64,000 nt of DNA from Truepera sp. (GTDB lineage: Bacteria > Deinococcota > Deinococci > Deinococcales > Trueperaceae): assembly GCA_965218435.1 (NCBI GenBank), contig CBDCKW010000005.1, forward strand, positions 480,001 to 544,000. Reading direction: 5' to 3'. Shown one piece after another: positions 1 to 10,375 of this stretch. The stretch's first letter is position 1; each line of letters starts with the position of its first letter. A program made the translations under genes and the position numbers. The notes below the pieces were generated by a model. That model saw only the letters and a program-made list of their open reading frames with translations, searched no databases and was not told the DNA's origin.

Positions 1-1
1 T

Positions 2-2170
2 GAGAAACGGCTACAACTCGTTAAGCTGCTCATCTCGGAACGCGATAGAAACTTTAGGACGTCGTTGCTAATCACTTATCACCCACCGCTCATCGAAAGA
101 CATAAACGTGACGTAATGTGGCTGCTGGAGCATCTCAAGCAGACCTTAGACCCAGTTGAACGCTCTACCATTTTAACCTTGTTGCCTTATCTCCTTGACG
201 AGAACAATCCTAGCGTTCGGGATCTTATTCTGTTTGCCGCACATCAAGACCAAGAGCTTACTGACGCGTTGGGCCTACGACCGATTAATTTAGATTCTGA
301 AGTGGCCAAGCAGGCACGTAAGCATCTTGAGCAACGAGAAGCATACTCGCAGCAGCGCGCCGTTCAGGAGAAGTCCGACATCAGCGTCTCGAATCCGTTA
401 AGCAAGATGCGAGAGGCTCTTGACGACTTTGAGGCTGGTCGCATAGCTGCTTGGAGCGATGTGCTTTTTTACATGTCGATGAAACCAGGTGGCAACGCCT
501 ACACTAGAGAATTTAATCTTTACGTTGACACGCACCCGGGTTGGCAACGGGCTGACAAAAAACTCAAGACGCGCATTCTCGGAGCAGCCCGAAATTATCT
601 CAGCAGCTTTTCGGCAGCCCAGGAAGCGCACGCCTCGTGGATACATCCACTCGACTTCCCTGGCTACCGTGCGCTGCGGCTCCTCTTTAGCGCTGATGCT
701 GCCACCGCAAACACCTTACCTGGCAGCGTCTACCAAGCTTGGATCCCTTCAATACTTAATGCAGATGGGCCCTCCACTAGCTCTCTAGTCAAGGAAATTG
801 ACCTTATATGTAAAATTTACGCTAAATTTCCACAGCAACTTCTAGAAGCCGCTTGCGGTCTTTTACAAACCCAAGGAGCCGACGGAAACTCGTTCTCAGT
901 CTTCAATAAACTTGAGGGATGCTGGGATGAGCGTGCCACACAAGCATTCGAGCCGCTGTTGGCAGCCAAGAGTTTGGCGGCTGAGACCCGGTTCGTTGTC
1001 CTGTCTGAACTGCTCAAGCACGACAGTGAGGTGGCTAGGCAGTTTGCTAGTGCTCATCTTCGGCAACCCCTAAACGAAGAGGATGACAAGGTCTTTTCAG
1101 CTCGAGCTGTGGCCGTCGCCCTTTATGTGTCCGCTCCTGATCGTGGTTGGTCGCTGCTCTGGCCACTTATTCAGGCCGATGACACTTCCGGCACAGCATG
1201 GCTGGACGAACTTATCGACCGCTATCCTCATCACTGGTATTCGCCTATCAAACTCGAAGAGAACAGCCTTGCAGACCTCTATATCTGGGTTTCGCAGCGC
1301 TATCCTCATGCAGAAGATCAGCACCATGAAGGTATTTATACTCCAAACCACCGTGACCGACTAACCAGTTTTCGCGATAGCCTCCTTCGAGAATTAGAAG
1401 TTCGGGGAACGCGGGGGGCAGTCGCAGCTTTGGAGCGGGTGATGCAGACGTTTCCCGACCTAGACTGGATGCCTCAAGCTGTTCAAGCTGGTGCTGAGGC
1501 GATGCGCCGACGTTCACCTTGGTGGCACCAAGCCAAAGACTTTTTAGAGCTTGTAGCGATAGCGGAAAAGCGGTTTGTGCGTTCTGTTGACGAGCTGGCT
1601 GACGTCGTCCTCGAGTCGCTCGAGCGGCTGGAAATGAGACTCCAGCGTCAAGAGACGCCACTCGCTTCTTATCTATGGAACGAGTGGCGTGGTGAAAAGG
1701 GAGCCGACGGGAAAAAAGAGCTCAGGTTTAAGCCAAAGGACGAGGAGAGCTTTTCCGACTGGGTTAGGGTTCACCTACATGATGATTTAGCCGGGCGAGG
1801 CATCATAATCGGTCGGGAAGTAAAAATAAGTAAGGGTGAGCGAACCGATATCCATGTTTCTACTTTCAAAACGCAACATAACAGCAAGCAACGGGAGCTT
1901 TTGAAGGTCATTGTCGAAGTTAAAGGGTCATGGCATCCTGAGCTTGATACAGCTATGCAAACGCAACTTCTTGAGCGCTATCTGCACGGTGCAAGCTGTG
2001 CTCGAGGAATCTACCTAGTGGGCTGGTTTCATTGCGAAAAGTGGAAGGGATCCAAGCTCAAAAGCAAGGATATATATGCTTGGCGGGATAGGATGGCAGA
2101 ACAAGCACAAGCACTGTCTACCGAAGGCTATCGTGTAGATTCAGTTGTTATAGACGCCACGTACCGCTGA
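2..2170 (+). CDS. 5'-truncated large helical protein with C-terminal PD-(D/E)xK-like nuclease domain (possible C-terminus of an NTPase-nuclease defence protein)
   Basis: Frame is open from base 2, so the gene starts upstream of the window. C-terminal motifs KDEESFSDW..GREV..RTDIHV..VIVEVKG..TQLLERYL..GIYLVGWF. Confidence 0.6.
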   Translation, partial: EKRLQLVKLLISERDRNFRTSLLITYHPPLIERHKRDVMWLLEHLKQTLDPVERSTILTLLPYLLDENNPSVRDLILFAAHQDQELTDALGLRPINLDSEVAKQARKHLEQREAYSQQRAVQEKSDISVSNPLSKMREALDDFEAGRIAAWSDVLFYMSMKPGGNAYTREFNLYVDTHPGWQRADKKLKTRILGAARNYLSSFSAAQEAHASWIHPLDFPGYRALRLLFSADAATANTLPGSVYQAWIPSILNADGPSTSSLVKEIDLICKIYAKFPQQLLEAACGLLQTQGADGNSFSVFNKLEGCWDERATQAFEPLLAAKSLAAETRFVVLSELLKHDSEVARQFASAHLRQPLNEEDDKVFSARAVAVALYVSAPDRGWSLLWPLIQADDTSGTAWLDELIDRYPHHWYSPIKLEENSLADLYIWVSQRYPHAEDQHHEGIYTPNHRDRLTSFRDSLLRELEVRGTRGAVAALERVMQTFPDLDWMPQAVQAGAEAMRRRSPWWHQAKDFLELVAIAEKRFVRSVDELADVVLESLERLEMRLQRQETPLASYLWNEWRGEKGADGKKELRFKPKDEESFSDWVRVHLHDDLAGRGIIIGREVKISKGERTDIHVSTFKTQHNSKQRELLKVIVEVKGSWHPELDTAMQTQLLERYLHGASCARGIYLVGWFHCEKWKGSKLKSKDIYAWRDRMAEQAQALSTEGYRVDSVVIDATYR

Positions 2171-2704
2171 AGGGTGCGCTCACGTTTCTTGCGCCAGTGT
2201 TTCGGTCACTTGCGATACGTTTATGAAAATGACGTGGCTGAAGACGTATTAGAGTAACGCTGGCTTTGCGACTTTTACGTTGGAAACGTCTGGCTGAAAC
2301 GGCATCGCAAAACCTTTAGACGGCGGCCGCAAAACCGGGGCTCGAGCCTTCTTGCCGAGAGCTTAGTTTAATACCCCATATAAAAGGTCAGGCTTTAGCC
2401 TTACAGATACGCCCGAGTCTTCAAGCCGAGACCTAAGCCACCTAGCTCGAGCCCGCTAAATCCTTAAAAAAATTAAGCAGCCACCTCTAAAAATTTGTTT
2501 GGAGAATTTTTTGCCTATTCTCTAAAATATAGACGCATAACACTCTGTATTTTCGGTCAATAGGGCGTGTGCAAATGTTAGTTTGACAAGTATTTAGATA
2601 CGAGCAAATTAGCATGGTAAAATTGTTATGAAAAACCTTCAGCAAAGCCGAATAGGGCTTTGTCCTTGATCAATAACAATGAAAAACTTATCTCAGGAGA
2701 AATC

Positions 2705-3310
2705 ATGAAAAGCATTTACTTAATTATTGCAACTGGTATTTTATCTGGGGCCGTTTCTGCTCAAAATGTCAACCTATTTCAAGGAACTATCAATGATCAG
2801 AAGGCGTGTGAGCTAACTATTGATCAAGCGACTGACTTATTGGGTAGACCTAGTGCAGTAGAGGAGGCTCCATTCGAGGAGCTGGCAGCAATTGTTGGCC
2901 CTACACTTTATTACCAAGACGAAGGCATCGAGTTAACGTTCAACGGTCCACAGATAGATCCCGATGAAAAGATTTCTGCCGCCTCTTTCTATCTTACAGA
3001 AGCCACAAACGAATCGACGATGAGTATGACTCCGAGACTCTTTCAACCATTTAAGGGCAAACTCACTCCTTCGGTTAACCCAGATATGAAAGTAGACGAT
3101 ACGGAAACGCTTTTGAAAGAATCAGGTTTTTACTACGAAACAGTTTCTCCAGAACAAAGCCAAGCGTCCATCGAAGAGGCTACCGGTGAACCTGCCACAG
3201 GCCCCTTCTCGTGGCGGGTTCAAGCTCGAAATGGAGATATCTGGTCCAACTATTCACATAAGGGCGTTACTGGGTTCTTAGAACAGGTTTACTTCACTTG
3301 TGAAGGCTGA
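2705..3310 (+). CDS. Secreted hypothetical protein
   Basis: AGGAGA RBS before ATG 2705; signal peptide MKSIYLIIATGILSGAVSA. Confidence 0.7.
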   Translation: MKSIYLIIATGILSGAVSAQNVNLFQGTINDQKACELTIDQATDLLGRPSAVEEAPFEELAAIVGPTLYYQDEGIELTFNGPQIDPDEKISAASFYLTEATNESTMSMTPRLFQPFKGKLTPSVNPDMKVDDTETLLKESGFYYETVSPEQSQASIEEATGEPATGPFSWRVQARNGDIWSNYSHKGVTGFLEQVYFTCEG

Positions 3311-3727
3311 AGCTTCCTTCCCAGGCACCAGAGAGAACCTGGCGAAGCGGTTGGTATCTATTTTCTTGTTGTCTACCAGTTTAGTAATGGCGCAGAGTAA
3401 TTTGTCCTAAGGGTTGCTGGAATGCTCTGCCATATCTAATGTGGAGGATCGCTTAGCGTACTACGACGCCGTCTACTGCGCAAAATACGTGCTAAGCACG
3501 GTTCCCTAAAATAGAAGGTCTAACTACACGACTTCTGTGGTTTCAAGATGACCACAGTGAGCGGCATAACAGCTCTAACAGTCATATCAGCATGTCGGGC
3601 TTTGATTTGTTCGCCTCATCTTCCACTGAAGTCAATTACCAGCGACTGGCCTTATTAAGTTTTCTTTAAGCTTAGTAACTTAGCCTTTGCTAAACTAGCA
3701 CCGAGCACATCACATCATGGAGGCTGT

Positions 3728-5155
3728 ATGCGGCGGATTAGGTGGGTCTACGGATTAGGTTTAGCACTAATGTTAGCGTCTACTCTCGGTGCATGTCAGC
3801 AGGAGAGTGTCAGTACGGGGCCAAGTTCTGACTTGCCAAATATGCCCGGTAGCCCCATTGACTTCACTACCGACCCTAGCATTCTGCGAGGTAAGTGGAC
3901 CGGCGTTGGCGTAAGCGATAACTACGGCGAGACCGCTTTCAGTAGAGATGGGACACTGTTCGTTGCCTGCACCCAAAAAAGTCTGAGCGTTCGGGAGGTT
4001 GCAACGAACACCGAGCGCTTTGGTGTGCCGTGCGTTCAGCCGCTGAGCATGAGCTTCAGCCCCGATGCGAGCTTGTTGGTACTGCGTGATTCACAAATGA
4101 TACGTGTGCTCTCTGCTGAGTCGGGAGAGATGCTCGCTAGCGCCGAATCAAAGACGCTGCCTTACCGCATCACGAACACGCCAGTGTTCAATCCTGAGGG
4201 TTCCCTGTTTGTAACCGACGAGGGGTTCGTAACCAATGAGAGTGAGAAACAGCAACTGCGCCTCTGGCAGTTGACCAAAGAGGCTGATGGGGGGGTCGTG
4301 TTAGCGCCGGGCGCTCCGTTGGGTGCAGGTGGAGGAGTTACTGACGCAGCCTTTAGCTTCGACGGTCGTTACGTCGCCGTTGCTGAGGACGGTCAAATCG
4401 GCCTTTGGAGGGTTGAAGATGGACAGCTCGTCCGTCAGTACAGTAACAACGACAGCACTTACTCCGTCGCTTTCGGCGCTGATAATAGCATCTATATAGG
4501 AGGCGAAAAGACTATCCGCCGCGTCTCACTGACCGGTGACCCGCTTGGTAGCTTTCAGACCGGTGACTTCCATGCCAAGCCGGTGGTCAGCCCCAATGGG
4601 CGGTACCTGATAAGCAACACAAGCAGCTCATCCAATAGGAACCTGCGAATATGGGCTACGGCGGGTGGCGAGCAGGTGACAACCCTCAAAGTCGAACCAC
4701 CTACTGACCCCAACTACGGCTACTTTTATAAACTCGCATTCGACGACGAGCAGAATGTCTACGTCGCCTCGGGCTACGGCGGCGTAACCCGTTACAACCT
4801 CGGTGACGGCACTTCACAAGTCCTGTTGCGGGCTGAGCCATTCACCGTCGCACTTGACCTCACAGCGACTTATGTGGACAAGACCTCTTACAACGTCACT
4901 GGTACCTTTAGGTTTGGTGATAGAACGCCATTACCGGTCGCTGGGAGCGTATGTGTCCCCGAGGGACTAAAGGTGGAAAGCGAAGCACTCGCGGTACTTA
5001 CCTCTCCAAGTATTTGTGAGGTCTATCTATCGGTTGGAGACGATCAGAGGCCTACTTGGACAATTGGTGGTTGGGCACCTTCCGGCTCGCCGCCTGCATC
5101 GGCCTTGACCGTAACCCAAGGTAAGGAGCACTACCGCTTTTGGCTAACTCGTTAG
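3728..5155 (+). CDS. WD40/beta-propeller lipoprotein
   Basis: Lipobox LGAC; repeated AFSxDG/FSPDA/FNPEG/VSPNG blades; GGAGG RBS. Confidence 0.8.
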   Translation: MRRIRWVYGLGLALMLASTLGACQQESVSTGPSSDLPNMPGSPIDFTTDPSILRGKWTGVGVSDNYGETAFSRDGTLFVACTQKSLSVREVATNTERFGVPCVQPLSMSFSPDASLLVLRDSQMIRVLSAESGEMLASAESKTLPYRITNTPVFNPEGSLFVTDEGFVTNESEKQQLRLWQLTKEADGGVVLAPGAPLGAGGGVTDAAFSFDGRYVAVAEDGQIGLWRVEDGQLVRQYSNNDSTYSVAFGADNSIYIGGEKTIRRVSLTGDPLGSFQTGDFHAKPVVSPNGRYLISNTSSSSNRNLRIWATAGGEQVTTLKVEPPTDPNYGYFYKLAFDDEQNVYVASGYGGVTRYNLGDGTSQVLLRAEPFTVALDLTATYVDKTSYNVTGTFRFGDRTPLPVAGSVCVPEGLKVESEALAVLTSPSICEVYLSVGDDQRPTWTIGGWAPSGSPPASALTVTQGKEHYRFWLTR

Positions 5156-5543
5156 TTGCAACGCTGCTTACGACATCATAAACGTCGCTACCCCTGAAGT
5201 CGTCAGCCCCTTCTCTGCATACCAAGTAGCTAGGGCAGGAGCTAGAACGAGATCATTATGCGGGTTTTCAGGCCATGGCCCTGCGTCTTTACCGTAGGAA
5301 TTGTGCTTATATGTCCTCTCCAAAATACGGCTTCATTGTGTAGTCCGAAGTGGACATTCTCTGACTTCATAAATTAGGTTACAGATTGTCCTATTAGTGC
5401 TTTACACTTGGCAGAACTTAGCCTTTCTCAGAGGAGGTCGTTAATGTCAAGCGAGCCAATCAAGGGTGCGTCTCCCATAGCTACAGAAAAGCTCATCGAA
5501 GTCTGGCAGGGCTTTACCCACGCATCGGACCTACTAGACGGGC

Positions 5544-6125
5544 TTACCCTCGAACAAGCCGTAACCAAACTCGAGACCTGGCCTTACTCCGTACCTGAAC
5601 AAGTGGCCCACATGATTTTTTGGCAACGTCACGCCCTAGACGAGAATAAAGAACCCCGCCGCAAGTGGACGGGGTATTCCAGTCAAACAAGCTCCCCTGC
5701 TGCGTCTGGTGCAGTTGTTGATAGTGCTTTCCCTGCTTTCTTACATACGAGCCTATCAAGCCTTCATCACCATGTTTGCCTACGGTACTGGCAAAGTAGC
5801 CATCCGACCAGAACTCTCCCCCCCAAAGCTTCTTCTTGACTTGTGGACATTGCCGGAACACTTCACGTGCGGTAATACTTTTGATCGTTCGCACGATCTT
5901 TACAACCGTGTAAGTGGGCACCGATTGCACCAGAAAATGGACATGATCCTTGTCTGTGCCTATCTCTAAAAATATGATCTCGTAACGCTTCTCAATCTCC
6001 ACGTAGACTTCTTTGAGCACGTTGTCAACTTCATCGTCTATCACCGCGCGACGGTGCTTCGCCGGAAAAACTATGTGGTACATCAGAATATTTACGTTGT
6101 GGCTCTTGTGGATATACTTGCTCAC
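5544..6125 (-). CDS. tnpA: IS200/IS605 Y1 (HUH) transposase; reading frame runs out through the element end
   Basis: YHIVFPAK, DKDHVHFL (HUH), FWSDGYF, YV motifs. Confidence 0.9.
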   Translation of the reverse strand: MSKYIHKSHNVNILMYHIVFPAKHRRAVIDDEVDNVLKEVYVEIEKRYEIIFLEIGTDKDHVHFLVQSVPTYTVVKIVRTIKSITAREVFRQCPQVKKKLWGGEFWSDGYFASTVGKHGDEGLIGSYVRKQGKHYQQLHQTQQGSLFDWNTPSTCGGVLYSRLGRDVAKKSCGPLVQVRSKARSRVWLRLVRG

Positions 6126-6171
6126 CTTGTGAGTCTACGCCGCAAGCGGCGGGGAATCAGACCCCAAGAGA
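5646..6171 (-). mobile_element. IS200/IS605-family element (tnpA only) with subterminal hairpins
   Basis: Hairpins at ~5651-5679 and ~6138-6150; TCTC (minus strand) at both junctions. Confidence 0.85.
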
Positions 6172-6658
6172 TTGAAAAAGGGGTTGATGAAGCCGTCCCT
6201 ACCGCTGCTGACAGCTGGCCCGCTGTCACCCTCGAGGACTGGCCTCGTCTCAAGGATGAGTTTTTAGCCAACCTGGACAAGAATAAAGAAATAGCGCGTG
6301 ACGCCGAAACGTTAGAACGACCCCTACTCACAAACGACAAAATCACGGTTGGAGCCTTCATGCTCCAGCAGGTGACACACGACTGTTACCATCTTGGGCA
6401 AGTTGCCTTATTACGGCGTCTCATGGGTGCTTGGCCGCCCCCTAACGGCGGAAACACCTGGTAGAGAGAAACTCGAAACCTTAGCGCCAAACACGGATAC
6501 CTATTCTCCAAAATAGGGCCTGAAATACCTATAAATTATGGTCACTCCTACTCAATCGGTTCACCCTCCATGTGATACACATTGGCGTCACGCTCAACTG
6601 CAATAATAGGCGCAGTAACTTCGCTGATTCGCTCTTTATTGTCCCAACATGGGAGGGT

Positions 6659-7257
6659 GTAAACCCCCAACTTCAGTTGGCTGCTTTAGCATAGGCTTTG
6701 TAGCAGCGTTAGACTGAGGCAAGTGAATGAGTACCGTAAAGGAAGCCATAGCCGCTTTGCGCTAGAGATACATTTGGTGTGATGTACAAAGTACCGCAAA
6801 GCGATACTCAAAGGCGATTTAGCGCACCGCTTCCGGGCTTTGGCACGCGAAGTTTGTAGCGAACTCAAAGTAGAGATCATCAAAGGGGTGGTATCGGGCG
6901 ATCATGTACACATGCTGGTCTCCATCCCACCGCAGTTGGCAGTAAGCAAACTGGTACAGCGGTTAAAAGGGAAGACCTCGTACAAACTGCAACGAGAGTT
7001 TAAGAGCCTTCACAAAGTGTACTGGGGACAGCGTATGTGGGCAAGGGGCTACTTTGCCTGCAGTACGGGTAATGTCAGCAGCGAGATGATAGCGGCATAT
7101 ATTGAAGGGCATACGGAGGAGGAGAACTTCAAAGTAGCCGACGAGTTTGAGACGTAGCTTAGGGCACTTACAGTGTGCTTAGCTTGAGCCGACTTAAGTC
7201 GGAATGACCTTCGAGGGTCAAACGCATTCCACCTGCTTCAGCTGGTGGTCATTGAAT
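6659..7257 (+). mobile_element. tnpA: Second IS200/IS605 element; tnpA (6723-7157) inactivated by an in-frame TGA at 6780
   Basis: HLV*CTKYRK, DHVHML, WARGYF; terminal hairpins CCAAC-TTCA-GTTGG and CCACC..GGTGG. Ends approximate. Confidence 0.8.
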
Positions 7258-7299
7258 CCGATGAGGGCAATTTTCCATCAGGATTTCTTGAAGGAGGCA

Positions 7300-8157
7300 A
7301 TGATGAGGGCATCGGATGTTCCGCGTGCGGTGGCTGCCGCTAGGTCGATTGCCTCAGCGCTTGATCTGAGCGTCGACGACACATTCGTTCTTCAAGACTC
7401 GAACCGACTCGCTGTGCATCTGTTACCTTGTGACGTTCTCGCTCGGGTCGCGTATGTGGCGGGTCAGGCAGGCGCAGAGTTTGAAGTTGAGGTCGCTCGG
7501 CGGCTCGCCGAAACCGATAGCCCGGTGGCTGCGCTTGAGCCTCGAGTGGAGCCGCGCGTCTACGTGCACGACGGCTTCGTAATTACGCTGTGGACCTACT
7601 ACGAGCCTGCATCGTCCCAAGATGTCGTACCATCCGAGTACGCGCAGGCACTCGAGCGGCTGCATGCTGGCATGCGGCAAATCGAGGTAACCGCGCCGCA
7701 CTTCACGGACCGAGTTGCAGAAGCGCAGCGACTGGTTGCCAACCGCGACCGCACTCCGGAACTCGCTGACGCGGACCGGGAGCTTCTCAGCAACACGTTG
7801 CGAAGCCTAAGGCACGCAATCGGCGACCGCAGCGGCGCTGAGCAACTGCTGCACGGCGAGCCGCACCCTGGCAACTTGCTCAAGACAAAGAACGGATTGC
7901 TGTTCATAGACTTAGAGACATGTTGCTACGGACCTATCGAGTTCGACATCGCTCATGCGCCCGACGAAGTTAGCGAGCACTATTCGGACGTTGATCAAGA
8001 TCTGCTCCGTAAGTGCCGGGTTTTGATGCTCGCGATGATCGTAACGTGGCGTTGGGATCGAGACGACCAACTCCCTAATGGGCGCGAACTGGGCGCAGAA
8101 TGGCTCAGCCAGATGCGCCGAGCGTCGGATCACGATGGGCGGATACTACAAGAGTAG
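7300..8157 (+). CDS. Aminoglycoside phosphotransferase-like (APH/choline kinase) family protein
   Basis: LLHGEPHPGNLL and FIDLE motifs; AAGGAGG RBS before ATG 7300. Confidence 0.85.
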   Translation: MMRASDVPRAVAAARSIASALDLSVDDTFVLQDSNRLAVHLLPCDVLARVAYVAGQAGAEFEVEVARRLAETDSPVAALEPRVEPRVYVHDGFVITLWTYYEPASSQDVVPSEYAQALERLHAGMRQIEVTAPHFTDRVAEAQRLVANRDRTPELADADRELLSNTLRSLRHAIGDRSGAEQLLHGEPHPGNLLKTKNGLLFIDLETCCYGPIEFDIAHAPDEVSEHYSDVDQDLLRKCRVLMLAMIVTWRWDRDDQLPNGRELGAEWLSQMRRASDHDGRILQE

Positions 8158-8224
8158 TTACAAGACTGGCACTCAGACGAATGACAGTTCTCCAAAATAG
8201 GAGTGTAAAAGAAACTTAAATACG

Positions 8225-9760
8225 CTAAGGCTCTTTATCGCTTTTGGGAACTACCCTTACCTCACTAGCGTTTGTAGAGAACGCGTTAGCTAAGTAACCT
8301 TTTCTCGTGAACGCTGAGGGCACGCCTCGTCGGTTTACATCTCGAGTGATGATGAACACGTGATCTCCTGTTTGGAAGACAACTCCACCGCGCGGGGTAA
8401 TGAGCTGACCGTCACGATATATTGCGGCAATAATTACGTCGTGCGACAGGCGAAGCTCTCGTAGTTGCCGTCCCACTGCCAGCGTATCGGATTCGAGAAA
8501 TACATCGAGGACTGCACTACCAGCGGGCGCGATACCACTTAGCTCAATCCGTAAAGGAGCTTTAGGCGGCTCGGGCTTAAGCAGCCCTAAGCGTCTTGCC
8601 AGCGGGCCGATAATAAGCCCTTGCATGGTCGCACTCACAACTACCACAACAAAGACAATGTTAAAGATCGCCTCTCCATTTTCGACCTGGTTTAGCAAGG
8701 GGAAGATGGAGAGGATAATAGGTACGGCCCCCTTAAGCCCAGCGGCGCTGAGCAGCGTGTACTCGCGCCAAGAGAAATCGTGGTGCCGGGTAAACCGTTG
8801 CAACGGCTCGAGGCAAAGGTAGACTGCGAGCGGACGTGCGAGAGCAATCATGATCAGCGTGACGAGCAGCGCCACCGGTAAGATGCCAGGGAGTTGATCA
8901 GGAAACACTAGAAGTCCGAGAAGCAAGAACATCACGATTTGCGCGCCCCACGCGAGCCCGTCCATAAAGTGCAGCAGGTCTTGCCGATAGGGAACACGGC
9001 GGTTACCCACGATCAGCCCGGCCAGGTAGACCGCTAGAAAGCCGTTTCCTCCTATAAGGTTTGTGCTGCTGTAGGTTAAAAGTCCACCAGCGAGAGCCAG
9101 CAAAGGGTAAAGACCGGAACCCTCAAGCTTGACCCGATTTAACAGCCATACCAACAACACACCCCAGAGAAACCCTAGAAATGCGCCTAGCGTGAGCTGT
9201 ACAACGATACCTCCAACGAGCGCGAGCCCATCGGCCTCCCTACTCACTAGAACGGTTGTGAGCGCCATCGTGAGGTAGATGCCGACCGGATCATTTGTCC
9301 CTGACTCGGTCTCGAGTATCCCCCGGAGACGAGCAGGAATTCCTCGGCCTTTAAGCACGCTGAAGGTAGCTGCCGCGTCGGTCGGCGCGAGCACCGCACC
9401 TAGGAGCAGACTTTGCCACACATCCAGAGGTGTGAGAAGCCAAGCGACGCCACCGATGACGAGCATAGTCACAATTACTCCGACGGTAGCCAAGCTTAAC
9501 GCAGGTGCGAGCGAAGCCTTAAAGAGTCGCATCCGGGTTTCTAGACCACCACTGAACAAGATGACAGCCAGCGCAATGAGGCCGACATCTAAGCTCAGTG
9601 CGTAATCATCAAAAACGATCCTGCCGGGACCACTACTCCCGGCCAGCATACCGATGCCCACGAACAAGACCAGCGCGGGTAAACCGAAGCGCTCGGTAGC
9701 GCGGGTGCTTAAGATGGCGGTAACGACCAGCGTACTGGCAACTAGCAGGTAAAGGTTCAT
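8225..9760 (-). CDS. Potassium/proton antiporter (CPA1, NhaP2/CvrA-like) with TrkA-C domain
   Basis: TDAAATFS, ESGTNDP and GLKGAVPI motifs; many TM helices; C-terminal RCK-C domain. Confidence 0.9.
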   Translation of the reverse strand: MNLYLLVASTLVVTAILSTRATERFGLPALVLFVGIGMLAGSSGPGRIVFDDYALSLDVGLIALAVILFSGGLETRMRLFKASLAPALSLATVGVIVTMLVIGGVAWLLTPLDVWQSLLLGAVLAPTDAAATFSVLKGRGIPARLRGILETESGTNDPVGIYLTMALTTVLVSREADGLALVGGIVVQLTLGAFLGFLWGVLLVWLLNRVKLEGSGLYPLLALAGGLLTYSSTNLIGGNGFLAVYLAGLIVGNRRVPYRQDLLHFMDGLAWGAQIVMFLLLGLLVFPDQLPGILPVALLVTLIMIALARPLAVYLCLEPLQRFTRHHDFSWREYTLLSAAGLKGAVPIILSIFPLLNQVENGEAIFNIVFVVVVVSATMQGLIIGPLARRLGLLKPEPPKAPLRIELSGIAPAGSAVLDVFLESDTLAVGRQLRELRLSHDVIIAAIYRDGQLITPRGGVVFQTGDHVFIITRDVNRRGVPSAFTRKGYLANAFSTNASEVRVVPKSDKEP

Positions 9761-9854
9761 TTAGCCTTGCCCAAAATCGTAATCATGAGGCGTGCAGTAA
9801 AGCGCTATAGGAACCGTTTAGGGCCATTGACATAAGATCACTGTAAGACTTCAT

Positions 9855-10299
9855 ATGGACCGATATAAGTTCTGAGCCCGGTATTTACAGATTTGACACT
9901 CCCACGCGCTTTAGCCGTGGGAGTGTCAACGGACTGGGACTTTTGTGCGTCCTGCTCGGTTTCGTCGGCGCTTTCTTTCCGCTTATGCCCAGCAACGTAT
10001 TCGTGATCGTCGCAGCCTGGTGCTTTTCTCGCGGCAACCCTCGGCTCCTCCGGCGGCTGAGACGACATCGGCTCTTCGGACCCGTCCTGAGGGATTGGCG
10101 AGCGGGACGAGGTCTGAGCGCTCGCACAAAGGTCGCGGCGGTAGTCTCGATCACCCTGACCTTCGGCTTCAGCATCGGGTTTGTGATCGAGCGGCCGCTC
10201 ATCAGGTTTCTGCTGGCGCTCTTCGCGCTCGGACTCATTGCCTATCTGATCAAACAGCCTACGAGCCGTCCGCTGCTATCCGGTAAGTCTAGGATATAG
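9855..10299 (+). pseudogene. YbaN/DUF454 membrane protein with disrupted 5' end (TGA at 9873 and a 37-bp insertion at 9893-9929)
   Basis: PLMPSNVF..AAWCFSRGNPRL..HRLFGP..W motifs; frame restored by removing the insertion. Confidence 0.75.
9893..9929. mobile_element. 37-bp palindromic mini-element resembling an IS605 end
   Basis: TTGACACTCCCACG-cgctttagc-CGTGGGAGTGTCAA, perfect 14-bp arms. Confidence 0.65.
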
Positions 10300-10375
10300 A
10301 AGAGCCCCGGTTCGCTGGGGCTTTTAGGGTCGCTTAGCCGGAGGCAGCACGGCTACCGCTCTAAGATAGGGTGAC

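Larger units (their letters stand above)
5444..6464 (+). pseudogene. DinB-family protein split by an IS200/IS605 element
   Basis: N-half contains QVAHMIFWQ; C-half contains HDCYHLGQVALLRRL. Removing 5646-6171 rejoins the halves in frame (HALD-EIEKG). Confidence 0.85.
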
